Positions 24,101-38,345 of a stretch of 64,000 nt of DNA are shown piece by piece. The DNA is from Mobula hypostoma (Eukaryota). Under the pieces are notes generated by a model that saw only the letters and a list, made by a program, of their open reading frames with translations, ran no database searches and was not told the DNA's origin. Each line of letters starts with the position of its first letter. Position 1 is the first letter of the stretch. The stretch is taken from NCBI RefSeq assembly GCF_963921235.1, contig NC_086097.1:9858001-9922000 (forward strand), in the 5' to 3' direction. The translations under genes and the position numbers were made by a program.

Positions 24101-26607
24101 TCAAGATGGCGCCACGTATGGCAGCCATGTTGCGAGCTCCATCCCAACTCTACAGTGTACTGCTAATTTCTGTGATTTCATTCGCATTTCTTGTTGAAGT
24201 AGCTGATAGTCATATCAGATATGATCGTCTGACTCTTCTGAACATCGGGAAGACAGCACTTACCCACAACACACTGCCTTTTCAACACCGGGAACCCCTG
24301 CTTACATGATCCATGAGAGCCTCATTTATTACACTGCCGCTACATTGGAAGTGGTGTTGGAAGCGAGGGAAAAGGGCCAGTCTCCTGGTGAGGTTGAGAC
24401 GGTGTACTAATCGGCTGCTGGCTCCCGAGCATACTCCTGGCTAATGTTCAGTCCCTAGACAGCAAGCTGTGCAAACTGAAAGTCAGAATCTTCTATCAGT
24501 GGGAAACAAAGGAATGTAACTTTTTGTGCTTCATGAAGACCTGGTTGACAGAGGGGATACTGGATCACGCCATTGAGCCCTTTAGATTCTCCCTGTTCCG
24601 GGTGGACAGATCTAAAAACCTCTTTGGGAAGAGTAAAGGAGGTGGGGTACACTTCATGGTCAATAATGCAAGATGCAACCCCCTGAATGTGCATGTCCTC
24701 AAATCTTTTTGTTCCCCGGATCTGGAGTACCTTGTGCTGAGATAGACATCTCTGGCTGTCTAGGGAGTTCACGGCTGTTATTATCTCAGCTGTGTATATT
24801 CTGCCGCAGGCTGATATTGATCTGGCTCTTAAGGAACTGTAAAAGACCATCAGCACCCTGGAGACTGTGCACTCGGAGGCTGCTCTCATTATTGCCAGAG
24901 ACTTTAATTGTGCGTCATTGACTAAGGTCTCTCTGAGATTCTGTCAACACATCCAGGTGAGCATATGGGGAGATAGCACACTCGATCACTGCTGCTCTCC
25001 CTTCTGCAATGCTTACAACCACTCCTCCGTCCTTCACTTGGGAAGTCTGATCACCCCTCCATCCTGTTTTGTCCCATGTACAGGCAGAAGCTGAAACAAG
25101 AGGTGGCCATTACTAAAACTGTCCATTGTTGGTCCGACCAATCAGTCTCCATGATACAGGACTGCTTTGATGACATCAACTGGAATATCTTTCGTGGTGC
25201 ACATGTCTCTCCCTCTCTCCCTCTCTCCTTCTCCCAGTGTAGAGTGCTCTCCTGCTTCAAATCATCACCATTGTCCCTCTACCTAAAAAGACTGAGGTAG
25301 AATGTCTGAATGACTGGCGTCCTGTCGCACCCTCCTCAATAATAAGCAAGTGCTTTGAGAGGCTGGTCAAGGATTACATCTGCAGCACGCTGCCACCCAC
25401 ACTGGACCCCCTACAATTCACCTACCGACACAACCAATCAACAGATGATGCAATAGCCACAACTCTACACACTGTCTTTACACATTCCGAGAAGAGGGAT
25501 GCTTATGTGATAATGTTTTTCTGGGACTACAGTTCAACATTCAACACCATAATTCCCTCCAGACTCAACAAGAAGCTCAGAGACCTCGGCCTTCACCCTC
25601 CCTTGTGCGGCTGGATCCTGGACTTTCTGTCAAATTGCCTGCAGGTGGTAAGAGTGGGCTTCCTCACCTCTGACCCTCAACACAGGTGCCCCCCCCAAGA
25701 CTGTGTCCTAAGCACTCTCCTTTACTCCCTGTATACCCATGACTATGTCGCTAACCACAGCTCTAACCTGCTAATTAAATTTGCCGATGACACGACATTG
25801 ATCGGCCTTATCTCAAACAATAACGATTGTGGCCTACAGCAAGGAAGTCATCTCTCTGACACAGTGGTGTCAAGAAAACAACCTCTCCCTCATTGTTGCA
25901 AAACAAAAGATCTGGTTGTAGACAACAGGAGGAACGGAGACAGGATCCCCCCTTTTTTCATCAATGTATCTGGGGTTGAGAGGGTGAATAGCTTTAAATT
26001 CTTTGGTATACACATCACCGAGGACCTCACTTGGTGAAAAACCACAATAATGCCTCTTTCATCTCAGACAGTGGAAGAAGTTCAGCATGAGTCCCCAAAT
26101 CCTATGAAGTTTATACAGGGCACAACTGAGAGCATCCTGATTGGCTGCATCACTGCCTGGAATGGGAACTGTATTTCCCTCAATTGTTGGACTCTGCAGA
26201 GAGTAGTGCTGACAGCCCAGCACAACTGTAGATGTGAACTTCCTACTGTTCAGGTCATTTACAGGGATAGGTGCTTAAAAAGGGCCCGAAGGAGCATTGG
26301 GGACCTGAGTCACCCCAACACAAAGTGTTCCAGCTGCTACCATCCGGGACATAGAACCGCAGCATTAAAGCTAGAACCAACGGGCTCTGGGACAGCTCCT
26401 TGCACCAGGCCATCAGACTGATTAATTCATGCTGACACAATTGTATTTCTAATTTATATTGAATGTTCTGTTGTATATCTTACTGTACATACTATTTATT
26501 ACAAATTACTATAATTTGCACATTGCACATTCAGGCGGAGACATAACATAAAGATTTTTCCTCCTCATGTATGTGAAGGATGTAAGAAATAAAGTCAATT
26601 CAATTCA
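24101..26607 (+). mobile_element. Near-full-length Rex1/Babar LINE (APE + RT), disrupted, internal deletion near 25.2 kb
   Basis: 5' caagatggcgcc; APE motifs PSILLANVQSL, CFMKTWL, GGGVHFMVNN, IIARDFN; RT motifs DYSSTFNTIIP, QDCVLSTLLYSLYTHD, KFADDTTLIGLI; (aattc)n tail. Confidence 0.9.
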
Positions 26608-26884
26608 TATGACTCATTCCTTAGTAAATTTGGAGAGCTGGTAAATGGGAGAGTTTCCACAGAACATGGATTTTAATAATTGACCTTATGAACTTCAAGC
26701 TCCATCATTTTACAAGATGTTTGGACTGGTACTTGGATTGGATATCGGCCCAGTGTTGGCAAATTAGATTAGCGGAGAAAGGCATTACTGTTGTCATAAA
26801 TGAGTTGGTTAAAATAAACTATTTCAGTTCTATACAATTCTACGATTCTATGGTCCTAAGATGTTTTTGAAGAGATCGACGTTC

Positions 26885-27649
26885 ATGATTGCTTCGTATC
26901 ATTTCAAGTACACAAGTGCAAAGGAGAACAAAATCATTGTTAACTTGGATCTGATGCATCCCAAAAAAACACAATATGATAAAGAACACAAAACCAAAAT
27001 AAAACTCAATAAATATAAATACTTAAAGTAGTTTATAGACGTTGATTGATTTATGTCCATAAAGTGACGCTAGGTACAGAAGAGTCTGTGCATAAGGTGA
27101 CTCTGACAGGAAATGATAAAGTAGTGGTGGTGGTGGATGTGGAGGGATGGATTCGTGGGTGGAGGTGCTGATCAACTTTACTGCTTGGGGAAAGTAACTG
27201 CTTTTGTGTCTGGTGGTCCTGGCGTGGATGCTACATATCCTCATTCCTGATGCAAGTGGGACAAGTAGTCCATGAGCAGGGTGGGTGGGAACTTTCATGA
27301 TGTTATTACCCCTTTTCCACACAGTTTTATATATAGATTAGACAAGATTTAGATTAGATTCAACTTTATTGTCATTGTGCAGAGTACAGATACAAAGCCA
27401 ATGAAATGCAATTAGCATCTGACCAGAAGTGCAAAAGAATAGTGTTAGTTACAAAATAACTGCAAATAAAAAGTAAGTGCTACAGCACACAAATATAAAA
27501 GTACTGAGACAGTCCAATATGGGTGCAATGCTGCTTAGTGCTGTGATGTGAGGTTCAGCAGAGTCACAGCCTCAGGGAAGAAGCTCTTCCTGTGCCTGCT
27601 GATGCTTGTTATATATGTCCTTGTTGGTGGGTAGGCTGGTGCTGGTGAT
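26885..27649 (-). mobile_element. Rex1/Babar 3' fragment with a nested LINE 3' fragment (~27335-27608); resumes at 28794-28895
   Basis: PTHPAHGLLVPLASG..IHARTTRHKSSYFPQAVKL; ttatatat duplication around the nested piece. Confidence 0.75.
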
Positions 27650-28793
27650 AGAAACAAAGAAACATAGAAAACCTACAGCACAATACAGGCCCTTCGGCCC
27701 ACAAATCTGTGCTGAACATGTCCTTAGAAATTACCGAGGGTTACCCATAGCCCTCTACTTTTCTGAGCTCCATGTACCTGTCCAGGAGTCCCTTAAAAGA
27801 CCCTATCGTATCCGCCTCCACCACCGTTGCTGGAAGCCCATTCCACGCACTCACCACTCTCTGTGTAAAAAACGTACCCCTGACATCCCCTCTGTACCTA
27901 CTTCCAAGCACCTTAAAACTGTGCCCTCTCATGCTAGCCATTTCAGCCCTGGAAAAAAGCCTCTGATTATCCACACAATCAATGCCTCTCATCATCTTAT
28001 ACACCTCTATCAGGTCACCTCTCATCCTCCGTTGCTCCAAAGAAAAAGGCCGAGTTCACTCAACCTATTCTCATAAGGCATACTCCCCAATCCAGGCAAC
28101 ATCCTTGTAAATCTTCTCTGCACCCTTTCAATGGTTTCCACATTCTTCCTGTAGTGAGGCAACCAGAACTGAGCACAATACTCCAAGTAGGATCTGACCA
28201 GAGTCCTATATAGCTGCAACCTTACCTCTCAGCTCCTGAACTCAATCCCACGATTGATGAAGGCCAATGCAACATATGCTTTCTTAACCACAGAGTCAAC
28301 CTGCGCAGCAGCTTTGAATACCCTATGGACTCGGACCACAAGATCACTCTGATCCTCCACACTGCCAAGAGTCTTACCATTAATACTATATTCTGCCATC
28401 ATATTTGACATACCAAAATGAACCACCTCACACTTACTTGTGTTGAACTCCATCTGCCACTTCTCAGCCCAGTTTTGCTTCCTATCAATGTCCCGCTGTA
28501 ACCTCTGACAGCTCTCCACACTATCCACAACACCCCAAACCTTTGTGTCATCAGCAAATTTACTAACCCATCCCTCCACTTCCTGATCCAGATCATTTAT
28601 AAAAATCACGACGAGTAGGGGTCCCAGAACAGATCTCTGAGGCATACCACTGGTCACCAACCTCCGTACAGAATATGACACGTCTACTACCACTCTTTAC
28701 CTTCTGTGGGCAAGCCAGTTCTGGATCCACTAAGCAATATCCCCATGGATCCTATGCCTCCTTACTTTCTCAATAGCCTTGCATGAGGTACCT
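27650..28793 (-). mobile_element. CR1 3' fragment
   Basis: GMPQRSVLGPLL..KFADDTK, LYRTLVRSYLEYCAQFW; TGAT TSD at 27646-27649 and 28794-28797. Confidence 0.9.
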
Positions 28794-29030
28794 TGATGTG
28801 TTAGTCAGTTTTGACAACCTGTTGTATTGCCTTCCTGTTCACCACAGTTCATTTTCCAGTGATGCAGCATGTTAGGATAATCTCAACTGAGCATCTTGTA
28901 TTGGAAGACTCAACTCAGATAAAATGACCTATAGGGAAGCAATGATTAGACTTGGTGAGGGTAATATTTTGTGGCAGAAGCTGATTCTGTTGATACATAG
29001 ATGCAGTAACTTGGATTCGATCTTGGCATT

Positions 29031-30350
29031 GTGGTTGGGAAGTTGTTGGCGTCAATTGTTAAGAATGAGGTTATAGAGTACTTGGAGACACAGGACAAGA
29101 TAGGACAAAGTCAGCATGGTTTCCTTAAAGGAAAATCTTGCCTGATAAACCTGTTGGAATGCTTTGAGCAGATTACAAGTAGGATAGGTAAAGGTGATAC
29201 AGTGGATATTGTATATTTGGACTTTCAGAAGGATTTTGACAAGGTGCCACACCTGAGGCTACTTACCAAGATATGAGCCCAGGGTATTACAGGAAAATTA
29301 CTAGCATGGTTAGAGCATTGACTAATTGGTAGGAGGCAGCATGTGGGAGCAAAAGGATCCTTTTCTGGTTGGCTGTCAGTGACCAGTGGTGGTCCACAGT
29401 GGTCAGCGTCGGGACTGCTTCTTTTTATGCTGTATATCACTGATTTAGATGATTGAATAGATGGCCAAGTTCACAGATGATATAAAGATTGGTGGAGGGC
29501 AGATACTATTCAGGAAACAGGCAGGCTGCAGAAGGAATTAGACAGATTAGGAGAATGGGCAAGAGAGTGGCAAATTAAATACAACGTTGAAAAATGCATA
29601 GTCATGCAATTTGGTAGTAGAAATAAATGTGCAGATCATTTTCTAAATGGAGAAAATCCAAAAATCTGAGCTGCAAAAGGACTTGGAACTCCTTGTACAG
29701 AACAACCTAAAGGTTAACTTGCAAGTAGCGTCAGTGGTGAGAAAGGCAAATGCAATGTTATTGTTCATTTCAAGAGGTCTAGAATACAAGAGTAGAGATG
29801 TGATGCTGTAGCTTTATAAGGCCTTGGTGAGGTCCCACCTTGAGTATTGTGAACAGTTTTGGACTCCTCATCTATGAACAGATGGGCTGGCATTGGAGGA
29901 GGTTCACAAGGATGATTCCGGGAATGAAAGGGTTATCATATGAGGAATGTTTGATGGCTCTGGGTCTGTATTTTCAAATGTTGATAGGCCTAGATGGAGT
30001 AGATGTTGAAAAGATATTTCTCATGGCGGAGGAGTCTAGGACAAGAGGGCACATCTTCAGGATAGAGCAGCATCCCTTTAAAACAGAGATGTGGAGAAAT
30101 TTGTTTAGCCAGAGGGTGGCAAATTTGTGGAATTTGTTACTACAGGCAGCTGTGGAGGCCAGGTCGTTAAGTGTATTTAAGGCAGAGCTTGATAGGTTCT
30201 TGATTGGAGATGGCATCAAAGGTTCCGAGAAGAAGGTCGGGAACTGGAGTTGAGGAGGAGAAAAAGAAGGATCAGCCATGATTGAATGGCAGAGCAGTGT
30301 CAATGGGCCAAATGGCCTAATTCTGAACCTATGTCTTATGGTCTATGGTC
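29031..30350 (+). mobile_element. CR1 ORF2 3' fragment (degenerate)
   Basis: QSQHGFLKGKSCLINLLE...YLDFQKDFDKVPH; tail tcttatggtctatggtct. Confidence 0.85.
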
Positions 30351-30924
30351 TAAATTGGGGTTGTTGGGAGTTGCTGGGCAGTGCGGTTCAAAGGGCCAGG
30401 AGGGACTATTCCACCTTTATTTCTTAATAAATATAAGTGGGAGGTAGAATCAGATCAATTGCAACATTTAAAAGATGTTAAAAGATGTTTATAACTACAC
30501 TCAGTTGTCCATCCGTTGAGGCTTTCCCACAACCAATGATCTCACTTTAAGTTTTCTTAAGTTCACTTTAAGTTCTCATTATTTTATATTCTCGCTATTT
30601 ATTGGTATATATTTATATTTCTATAGAGTTGCTAAGTAGGCCCACAGGAAGATGAATCTCAGGGTTGTAAGTGGTGACGTGTATATACTTTAATAATAAA
30701 ATTTACTTTGATCTTTAAATTTGAAGTTTGGATAACTGCATGGATGGGAGGGGTAATGAGGGTTCCGGTCAATGCGACTAGGCAGAATAACAGTTCGGCA
30801 TGGACTAGATGGGCCGAAGAGCCTGTTCCTGTGCTGTAGACAGTGAAGTGAGAGAAAATAAGTTAGAGAATTGAAATGCTTTCAGAGGCAGCATAGATTT
30901 GATAGGCTAATTGCCCTCTTTGAT

Positions 30925-31215
30925 AAGGGTGGCATAGTAGCATACTGGTTAGCACAATGCTTTACAGTACAGGCATCCCGGGTGAATTTCCCACTGAAGC
31001 CTGTAAGCAGTGTATACATTCTCTCCTTGACTGCATGGGTTTCCTCCAGGTGCTCTGGTTTCCTCCCACAGTCCAAATACATGCCAGTTGTTAGGTTAAT
31101 TGGTTATTGTAAATTGTCCTGTGATTAGGTTACGATTAAATTGGACAATTGCTGAGAGGTGCGGCTTGAAGGGCCAGAAGAGTCTACTCCATGCTGTAAC
31201 TCCATAAAAAAAATA
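30925..31215 (+). mobile_element. V-SINE (HE1-like)
   Basis: tRNA-like head, ggtgctctggtttcctcccacagtccaaa core, CR1-like tail. Confidence 0.8.
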
Positions 31216-31259
31216 AGGAAATATGCGAAACTCTGAAGGAATGAGCTTTAATCTTTTCA

Positions 31260-31605
31260 GGATTAAGGCATTGATCGTGTGGATAGTCAGAGGCTTTTTC
31301 CCCAGGGCTCTGCAAGACGACACAGGTTTAAGGTGCTGGAGAGTAGGTACAGAGGAGATGTCGGGGGTAAGTTTTTTTACTCAGAGAGTGGTGAGTGCGT
31401 GGAATGGACTGCCGGCAATGGTGGTGGAAGAGGATACGATAGGGTCTTTTAAAAGACTTTTGGATAGGTACATGGAGCTTAGAAAAATAGAGGGCTATAA
31501 GTAAGGCTAGTAATTTCTAAGGTAGGGACAGGTTCGGCACAAATTTGTAGGCCGAAGGGCCTGTTTTGTGCAGTAGGTTTTCTAGGTTTCTATGTTTCTA
31601 TGTTT
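31260..31605 (+). mobile_element. CR1 3' end
   Basis: FFTQRVVSAWNGLP...FKRLLDRYM; (tttctatg)n tail. Confidence 0.85.
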
Positions 31606-32208
31606 CCAAGATTGCCTTGAAATCCTGAGTCATGAAAAGCAGGAATGAAAGAGACCTACTTTAAAAAAAGTAAGATGATTTGTCATGCTGACTGTTGTAA
31701 GTACAGTGAGATAAGTATCAAAGGTATTTACTGTATTATTTATCAATTCCTACTAAAGATAGCAAGTATGAGAAGATCATGAATTAACCTAGAACTTCTC
31801 AAAAATGCAGGGTCCCGTAGAAGGCACGATTTCAACAAAAAATAGTTTGGCTTCTGAACAACTTTTACAGGGAAAGATCATGCTTCTTCAGTTTATTAGT
31901 TTTCAATTCAGGATTGAAAATGGAAGGTTACCAACGCAGGCAAACAGAGGACCTCAATTTACTTTGATATCCTTGGAATTATTCATATGAATTATAATGA
32001 GCTCTGAGTTTAATAAATATCTGGATTCATCCACATATTGAATCTGTGCATTTGTTTTAGAAATACAGGTTAATGACATCCAGCAAGCGATTTTGCACGA
32101 TTCAAATTCTGCTGTCTCAGGGCTCACACTGACCTTTGCAAGGGTCTCATATCTTCACTTGGATACTTCAGCTTTGAACCTGATGCGGTAGACTTGCTTG
32201 TGATTAGA

Positions 32209-32224
32209 TGACCTGCTGTGACCT
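32209..32224 (-). promoter_or_regulatory. Perfect DR4 nuclear-receptor motif (AGGTCA-cagc-AGGTCA) in non-repetitive DNA
   Basis: TGACCTgctgTGACCT on the + strand; further half-sites TGAACT (32231-32236) and TGACCTTT (32130-32137). The motif is certain; function is unproven. Confidence 0.35.
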
Positions 32225-32879
32225 GTCACTTGAACTATCTCATAGCACAGCAGAAAGCAACCCTTCTTCCCTCAAAAAATGACTCCTGTCACTTGCATTA
32301 TTCATATCGATGAAGAATAAAGATACCATGAGGAGCTGTGAGCTTCTGATTTGAAAGTGGCAGTACTGTGATGTTCAATGTAAAATGCCATGTATTCTGG
32401 TTGCAGCTGGAAAAAAATACCCAGAGATCAAACACAAAGTACTAAAAGATAGAACACAGACAGAAACAACATCAGGATGTCTATTTCTCTATTTGGCAGT
32501 TTATCTTTGAATCTCAACAAAAACAACAATTCTCAAAAAGACAACAATTTATTTAGCAGTTTTCACATAGCAAAGAATTAGTCCCCTTTGACCCACCTTG
32601 GATGAGTCAACCATTAATTATCTACATTAATTCATTTTGTCTGCACTGGGACCATAATTTCCCTATACTTTTTTTTAATCCAACTATCTGTCCAAATGCT
32701 TTTTAAACACTAATTGCTTCTGCCTCTATAACTTCTCTGGTAATTCATTTCAAATGACCAGCACATTCTGTAGGAGAAAAACATGTCCATTGGATCTCAT
32801 TTAAATTCCCCACCCTATCACTTTAAACCTATTCCCCAAAGTTCTAAGCTTCTTGTTCTGTGGAAAAGATAAAGGAAAA

Positions 32880-33400
32880 CAAAATAATTGTTTCTTTGGT
32901 TCTGATGCAACATATAAAATACACACTAAGTTAAAGAACATGATAACAAGTTGTCCATAAGGTGACATTTGGCACAAAAGTATCTGTACATAAGGTGACT
33001 GACTGGAAATGATAAAGTAGTGGTGATAGGGGTTGTGGAGGGGCGTGTTAGTAGGTGGAGATGTGGATCAGCCTAACTGCCTGATAAAGTAATTGCTTTT
33101 GTATCTGCTGGTCCTGGTGTGGTTGCTATGTAGCCTCCTCTCTGATGGGAGTGGAACAAACAGACCATGAACAGGGTGAGTGGGATCCTTCATGATACTG
33201 TTGGCCTTTTGCTGGCACCTTTCTGCATATATTTCATTGATGGCGAGTAGCCTGGTACAGGTGATGCGTTCAGAGTTTTTACTACCCGTTGTGGAGCCTT
33301 CCTGTCCGCCACAGTGCTGTATCTGTACCAGTCAGTGATGCAGCTTGTTAGGATGCCCTCTACTGTGCATCTGAAGAAAGTCGTGGCTATCGGCATAGAT
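32880..33400 (-). mobile_element. Rex1/Babar 3' fragment
   Basis: FFRCTVEGILTSCITDWYRYSTVADRKAPQRVVKT. Confidence 0.8.
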
Positions 33401-34734
33401 AAGGTAGTTCTGATTATCTCCATCCAGACTGGGCCTAAACTCCAGCCAGTATTGGATCTGAGCCTTACCCAATGTGTTGATGTCAACTCCCCACCATGAG
33501 CTAAATGAAGTATCAGGCCCAAGATTTACATGACTTTGAGCATGAAACCTACTCAGGATTGGTCCTGAAGATTATCCAGTATAAGCACTTGGCTTGCATG
33601 ATGCAGATTCTAGGAGTATCACTACTCAGCTTGTCGGCTGAGATAACTTCATTGTGTGTTTGCTGCAGGCCCTGATCTAAATGGGCCCTGTTGACTCCAA
33701 GATTCAATGGAACAATGTACAAAGGTAAATTATTTGGGCTTCACTTCGATCTGGTTGAAATCTAAGCTTTACATAGAACATAGACTAGTGCAACAAAGGA
33801 ACAGGTCCTTTGGCCCACAATGTTGTGCTGAACTACTTAAACACTTAAGCTCATCTACTCTGCCTATGCAATGTCCTCCACTGTCCGCACATTCATCTGC
33901 CTGTCTAAGAGCTATCTAAGCCTCTCTATTGTATTTGCCTTTACTATCATCATAGGCAACGCATTCTAGTCACTACCATTCTCTGTTAAAATAACTTACC
34001 CCTTTGAACATTCCAGCTCTCACTTTAACTACATCTTCTTAACCTATCACCCTGACTGTGGCATTGGCCACTGACAGCAGCTCAGCAGAGTTCTCAGTCC
34101 TGGGCTGACAGAAAGTCGATCGGCCCTGTAGTTACATTTTTACCACACGGCTTCCTACATCTTCTAGGTAAAGTTCTTTCCACTCCCATGGATGAGGTCT
34201 TTGGAGCTTCTGTTGGTGTTTCTGTTGCTCTGGGTTTTTGCAGGATGGAGTTGCTAGCCTCCATGCTCAACCATCCTCTTTTTGCAGCTGGGCTTGGATC
34301 TGTCCGTGGCAGAACTACATGCCATCTAGTATTAGACATTTCAACCCCGGGAGACAGATATTGGCTGTTTACTCTAGTTACGTGTCTCCTAATCTTAAAA
34401 ATTTGATCAAGTTTCCCCTCAGCCTTTGGCACTTCACAAAAAAGAACCCAAGTTCATCTAATCTCTTCTATAGTAAATGCCTTCTAATCCAGGCAGCATT
34501 CTGGCAATATTCAACTATTGTAAAGTTTGAAGTCAAAAGTCCAACAAATATAAGTACATTTTCTGAGTAACAGGATGAAACCAAGAATGAGAGACTTTGG
34601 TTACGTGAAGGGATAAGTGTAGGTGGTATTGTTTCCTTTCTTTGTTTTGGGTGAGATTTACTTGAGAGGTTATGACAGTATAAATCAGGAAAAAAATGTT
34701 TCCATCAGTAGGATGATCAGTTAGAATAGAAGAG

Positions 34735-35470
34735 AATAGAACTTTATTGTCATTGCCCAAGACAATGAGTTTGCAGTGCTACTCCGGTCTGTGCAAAACA
34801 GATATTTACAATGCATGCAGTATAACTTCATTCAAAAAAAAATCCCATATTTACATGCAGCAACTGACTTCGATAGTCCATAACATTCAAATGCTGGGGT
34901 GTAGCATTATTCAGCCGCACAACAGCTCTCCGAAAGAAGCTATTTTTTGCTCTTAATGTCTTGGTGAAGATATTTCTGTATCTCCCACCTGATGACAGGA
35001 GATTGATCAGTGTCAGGGATGGGATGGGTTTTTAATGACATTGTGAGCACGCCATAGACATTGAGAATTATAGCTTGTCTCCAAGACCAGTAGTTGAGTC
35101 TCAATGATGTGCTGAGCCGGCCTAATCACCCATTGGAGGCTTTGTGATCTGTCTTGCTGCAGCTGGAGTAACACACTGTCATTCCGTACGTCAGTATGCT
35201 CTTGATAAAAATTGGCCAGCAATTTTTGGGGCGGATTATCTCTCATGAAGCACCTCAGGTGGTATAGTCACTGCTCTGCTTTCCCTTCTATCGAGATTGT
35301 GTCGATGGGCCAGGAGAGCTCCTCGGTGATATTCATCCCCAAAAACTTGAAACTGGAGACCCCTTTCCACTGCTTCACCATTCATGAATAGTGGGGCTTA
35401 TTCAGGACCTCTTGCCTTCCTGAAGTCAATTACCATTTCTTTTCTCTTCTTGATGTTGAGTGATAGGTTG
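34735..35470 (-). mobile_element. Rex1/Babar-like 3' fragment, distinct subfamily (related copy ~51795-52200)
   Basis: LQWVIRPAQHII...NVIKNPSHP; 3' UTR shared with the 51.8-52.2 kb copy. Confidence 0.7.
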
Positions 35471-37434
35471 TGCAGAATAACCAGAAGTGAGGTGAGGAGA
35501 CATTTAAATTAATGCAGTAATTGCTATAATCTGAAAAATTAAACTAGGAAAGGCAGGAGAAGCAGATGCAAAGGGAATTGGACATACTTGAAAAGAGAAA
35601 TTATCAGTGTTGGAAACTGACCTGGTGAGTTGAGGTTTAATCTCTAAGACCTAATGCAGGAACCTCAACTGTGATCACACTGGTTGACCTCCTCCCCAAA
35701 AACAGGACATAAATGAACTAGATGGGCTTTTATATCAGACCAGTAGTTTTATAGTTATAATACTGAGAGTTGTGTTTTCCCCATTAATTCATTTCTCCTG
35801 ACTAAATTAAATATATTTGTGTAATCCTTCACTATTCACACAATTCATTTAATTACTTCCTTATGTTCTGCCCGTTACACCACTGGTGTTTAGGGTAGCA
35901 ATGAAGGTCCTCCATCTCTGGTGGTGTTCAGGTCTTCCTTCATCATTGCAGTAGCTTTCTCTTTGTTTTTACTAATGTCACTCATGCAAGTCCCAGAATA
36001 CCGTCACACTCAGATGTAGAAGGATTCTTCATTACTGTTTTCCTAACAATTTTGTTTGACCAATCAGGGTTGTTAGCCATGAGTTGAACACCCTAACCTG
36101 GAGGACCGGTGGACCACTCTTAGTCTGGCCTCTACCTTTTGACCTGTTTGGCATGGGGACCCTACCAAGAGCCAAACCATTAAGCCTGGACTCAGGCCAG
36201 CAGAGCTCTCTGGGTTATTGAGGTGCACAGGCCTCCAAACCATGACTCGGCTGTGGTCCTCTTGGAGGTTTAACTGAACTTGAATTCCAGCACTGCTCTG
36301 ATGAGATGGAGCTTGTATTTCCAGACTGTTAATCTGAATTCCAGTAATGTAACCACCTTACACTCAGTTATGTTGATTTTAGGGCAACATAAAGATTAAC
36401 TTTATTTGTCATGTACTGTACATGGAAGCATACAGAGTAATGTACCATTTGTGAGGATTGTGTTGGGCAGCTTGCAGGTGTTGCCATGCCTCTGGCACGA
36501 ACATAACATATCACAACTTATTAACCCTAACTGTACATCAATGGAATGTGGGAGGAAACCGAAGGAAACTCACGTGGTTGTTGCAAGGAAAACTGTTCAC
36601 TGGTTTGGTGAGTGAGACAGAAGACACTGATTATGAATAAGTACATTAATCATTTATTTACAAACAGTAAAACTTTCAACCAAACATCTAAGTCCTCCCC
36701 CCCAAGTTACACAATTAAACATTTAACGAACAGATGTTTATCTAGAGTGTGCATGGTCCTCCTAAATCTGGAGCATACTTTCCCAAACAAGAGAGAATTT
36801 GCAGGTGCTGGAAATCCAAGCAACACACACAAAATTCTGGAGGAACTCAGCAGGCTGGGCAGCATCTATGGAAAAGAGTACAGTCAATGTTTCAAGTTTG
36901 GACAGATGCCGCCTGGCCTGCTGAGTTTTCCAGCATTTTGTGTGTGTAGCATACTTTCCAAATGGTTCTCGGCAATGGTCACAACCTCAGTGTGAGAATG
37001 AGTGCCCCAAAGACAAAAGAAAGGCATGTGAAACCAGGCACTGGTGCCGTGGCACACAAGGCAACCAATGGGAAAGAACTACTCTATGCTTCAAATGGGC
37101 CAATCGATGACCGGCAACTTTTGACTGACAAGTAAACAAGCCCCACATGACAGGGGTCATGGGAAGAACATGCAAGCTCCTTATAGATAGCGGCAGGAAT
37201 CAAACCCTGATCTTACAGCCAGTGCTGTAAAGCGTGGCACTAATCTAGTGAATTCCAAAGGCTGATCCATCAGTAAAGGTTAATACATTTTAGTTAATGA
37301 ACTAATACAATGGAGAATGAGGCAAAATGATAAAAAGACAGAATGTAGCAAAAGAAGGAATTGGAATCTCTGATAAAAGCAGCCATGCCAAAATGGTTCT
37401 CAGAAACAAATTCAGGCAAAATATTATATTCAGC

Positions 37435-38070
37435 TTCAGGAGATGGTTATTGACTTCAGGAGAACTCACACCACTCATATCCCTCATTACAGTTTCAAAC
37501 TCCTGGGAGTATACATCTCGCACAACCACTCATGGTCCCAGAACACATTCTGCACAATCAGGGATGCTGATCAACACCATCATCTTTCTGAGGGGGCTGA
37601 AGAGAGCTGGACTATGTACGTCAATATTCATGTCATTCTGCAGATGCACAGTGGAGAGCATGCTAACATGCTGAATCACTACATGGTACAGAAACTGCAA
37701 TGTGGTAGACAGGAATATTCTACAGCGGGTCATCAAAACTGCCCAACACATCACTGGCACCAGCCTACCTGCCATCGAGGACATATCTACAGAAAGGTGC
37801 CAGAAAAGGGCCTGTAACATTATAAAGGATCCCACCCACCCTGTTCATGAACTGTTTGTCCCACTCCCATCAGGGAGGAGGCTACATAGCATCCATGCCA
37901 GGACCACCAGACTCAAAAATAATTATTTTCTCTAGTAGCAATGCTGATCAATACCCCGCCTCACTTTTCCACCTCTCCACACCCTCCATCACCACTACGT
38001 TATCATTTCCCGTCAATCACCTTGTGCGAAGAGACACTTCATGAACATCCAATCAATCTATGTATATAGC
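37435..38070 (+). mobile_element. Rex1/Babar 3' fragment
   Basis: MVIDFRR...FKLLGVYIS; LQRVIKTAQHITG...IIKDPTHP. Confidence 0.85.
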
Positions 38071-38207
38071 ATATCTGTGCGTTACCAAACGGTATAACTT
38101 TACCCAATTTCACTTGCCACATCACTGAATTGTTCCCACAATCTATGGACTCACTTTCAAAGACAATTCACCACAAGTTGTCAGTATTTATTGCTTATTT
38201 ATTTAGA

Positions 38208-38345
38208 GTTTATAAGCCAGGAAACTACCCACGTTGATCAGAACTGAAGATGCCTCAACATCTTTCGGACAACACAGCAAGTCCAGTTGCTCTGATTTTC
38301 TACTGCTTGATAAACAATGACCAGGATGATTAAGAACCTTCATAT
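38208..38345 (+). mobile_element. Penelope (Poseidon-type) pLTR fragment
   Basis: actgaagatgcctc...caagtccagttgc...aatgaccaggatgattaagaaccttca resembles fish Penelope terminal repeats as I recall them; the hammerhead stem II/GAAA appears deleted. Confidence 0.55.

Noticed and set aside
32069..32191. Possible exon after ttgttttag/aaatacag (VNDIQQAILHDS...)
   Set aside because: Short, no recognisable protein similarity, no convincing donor site or partner exons.
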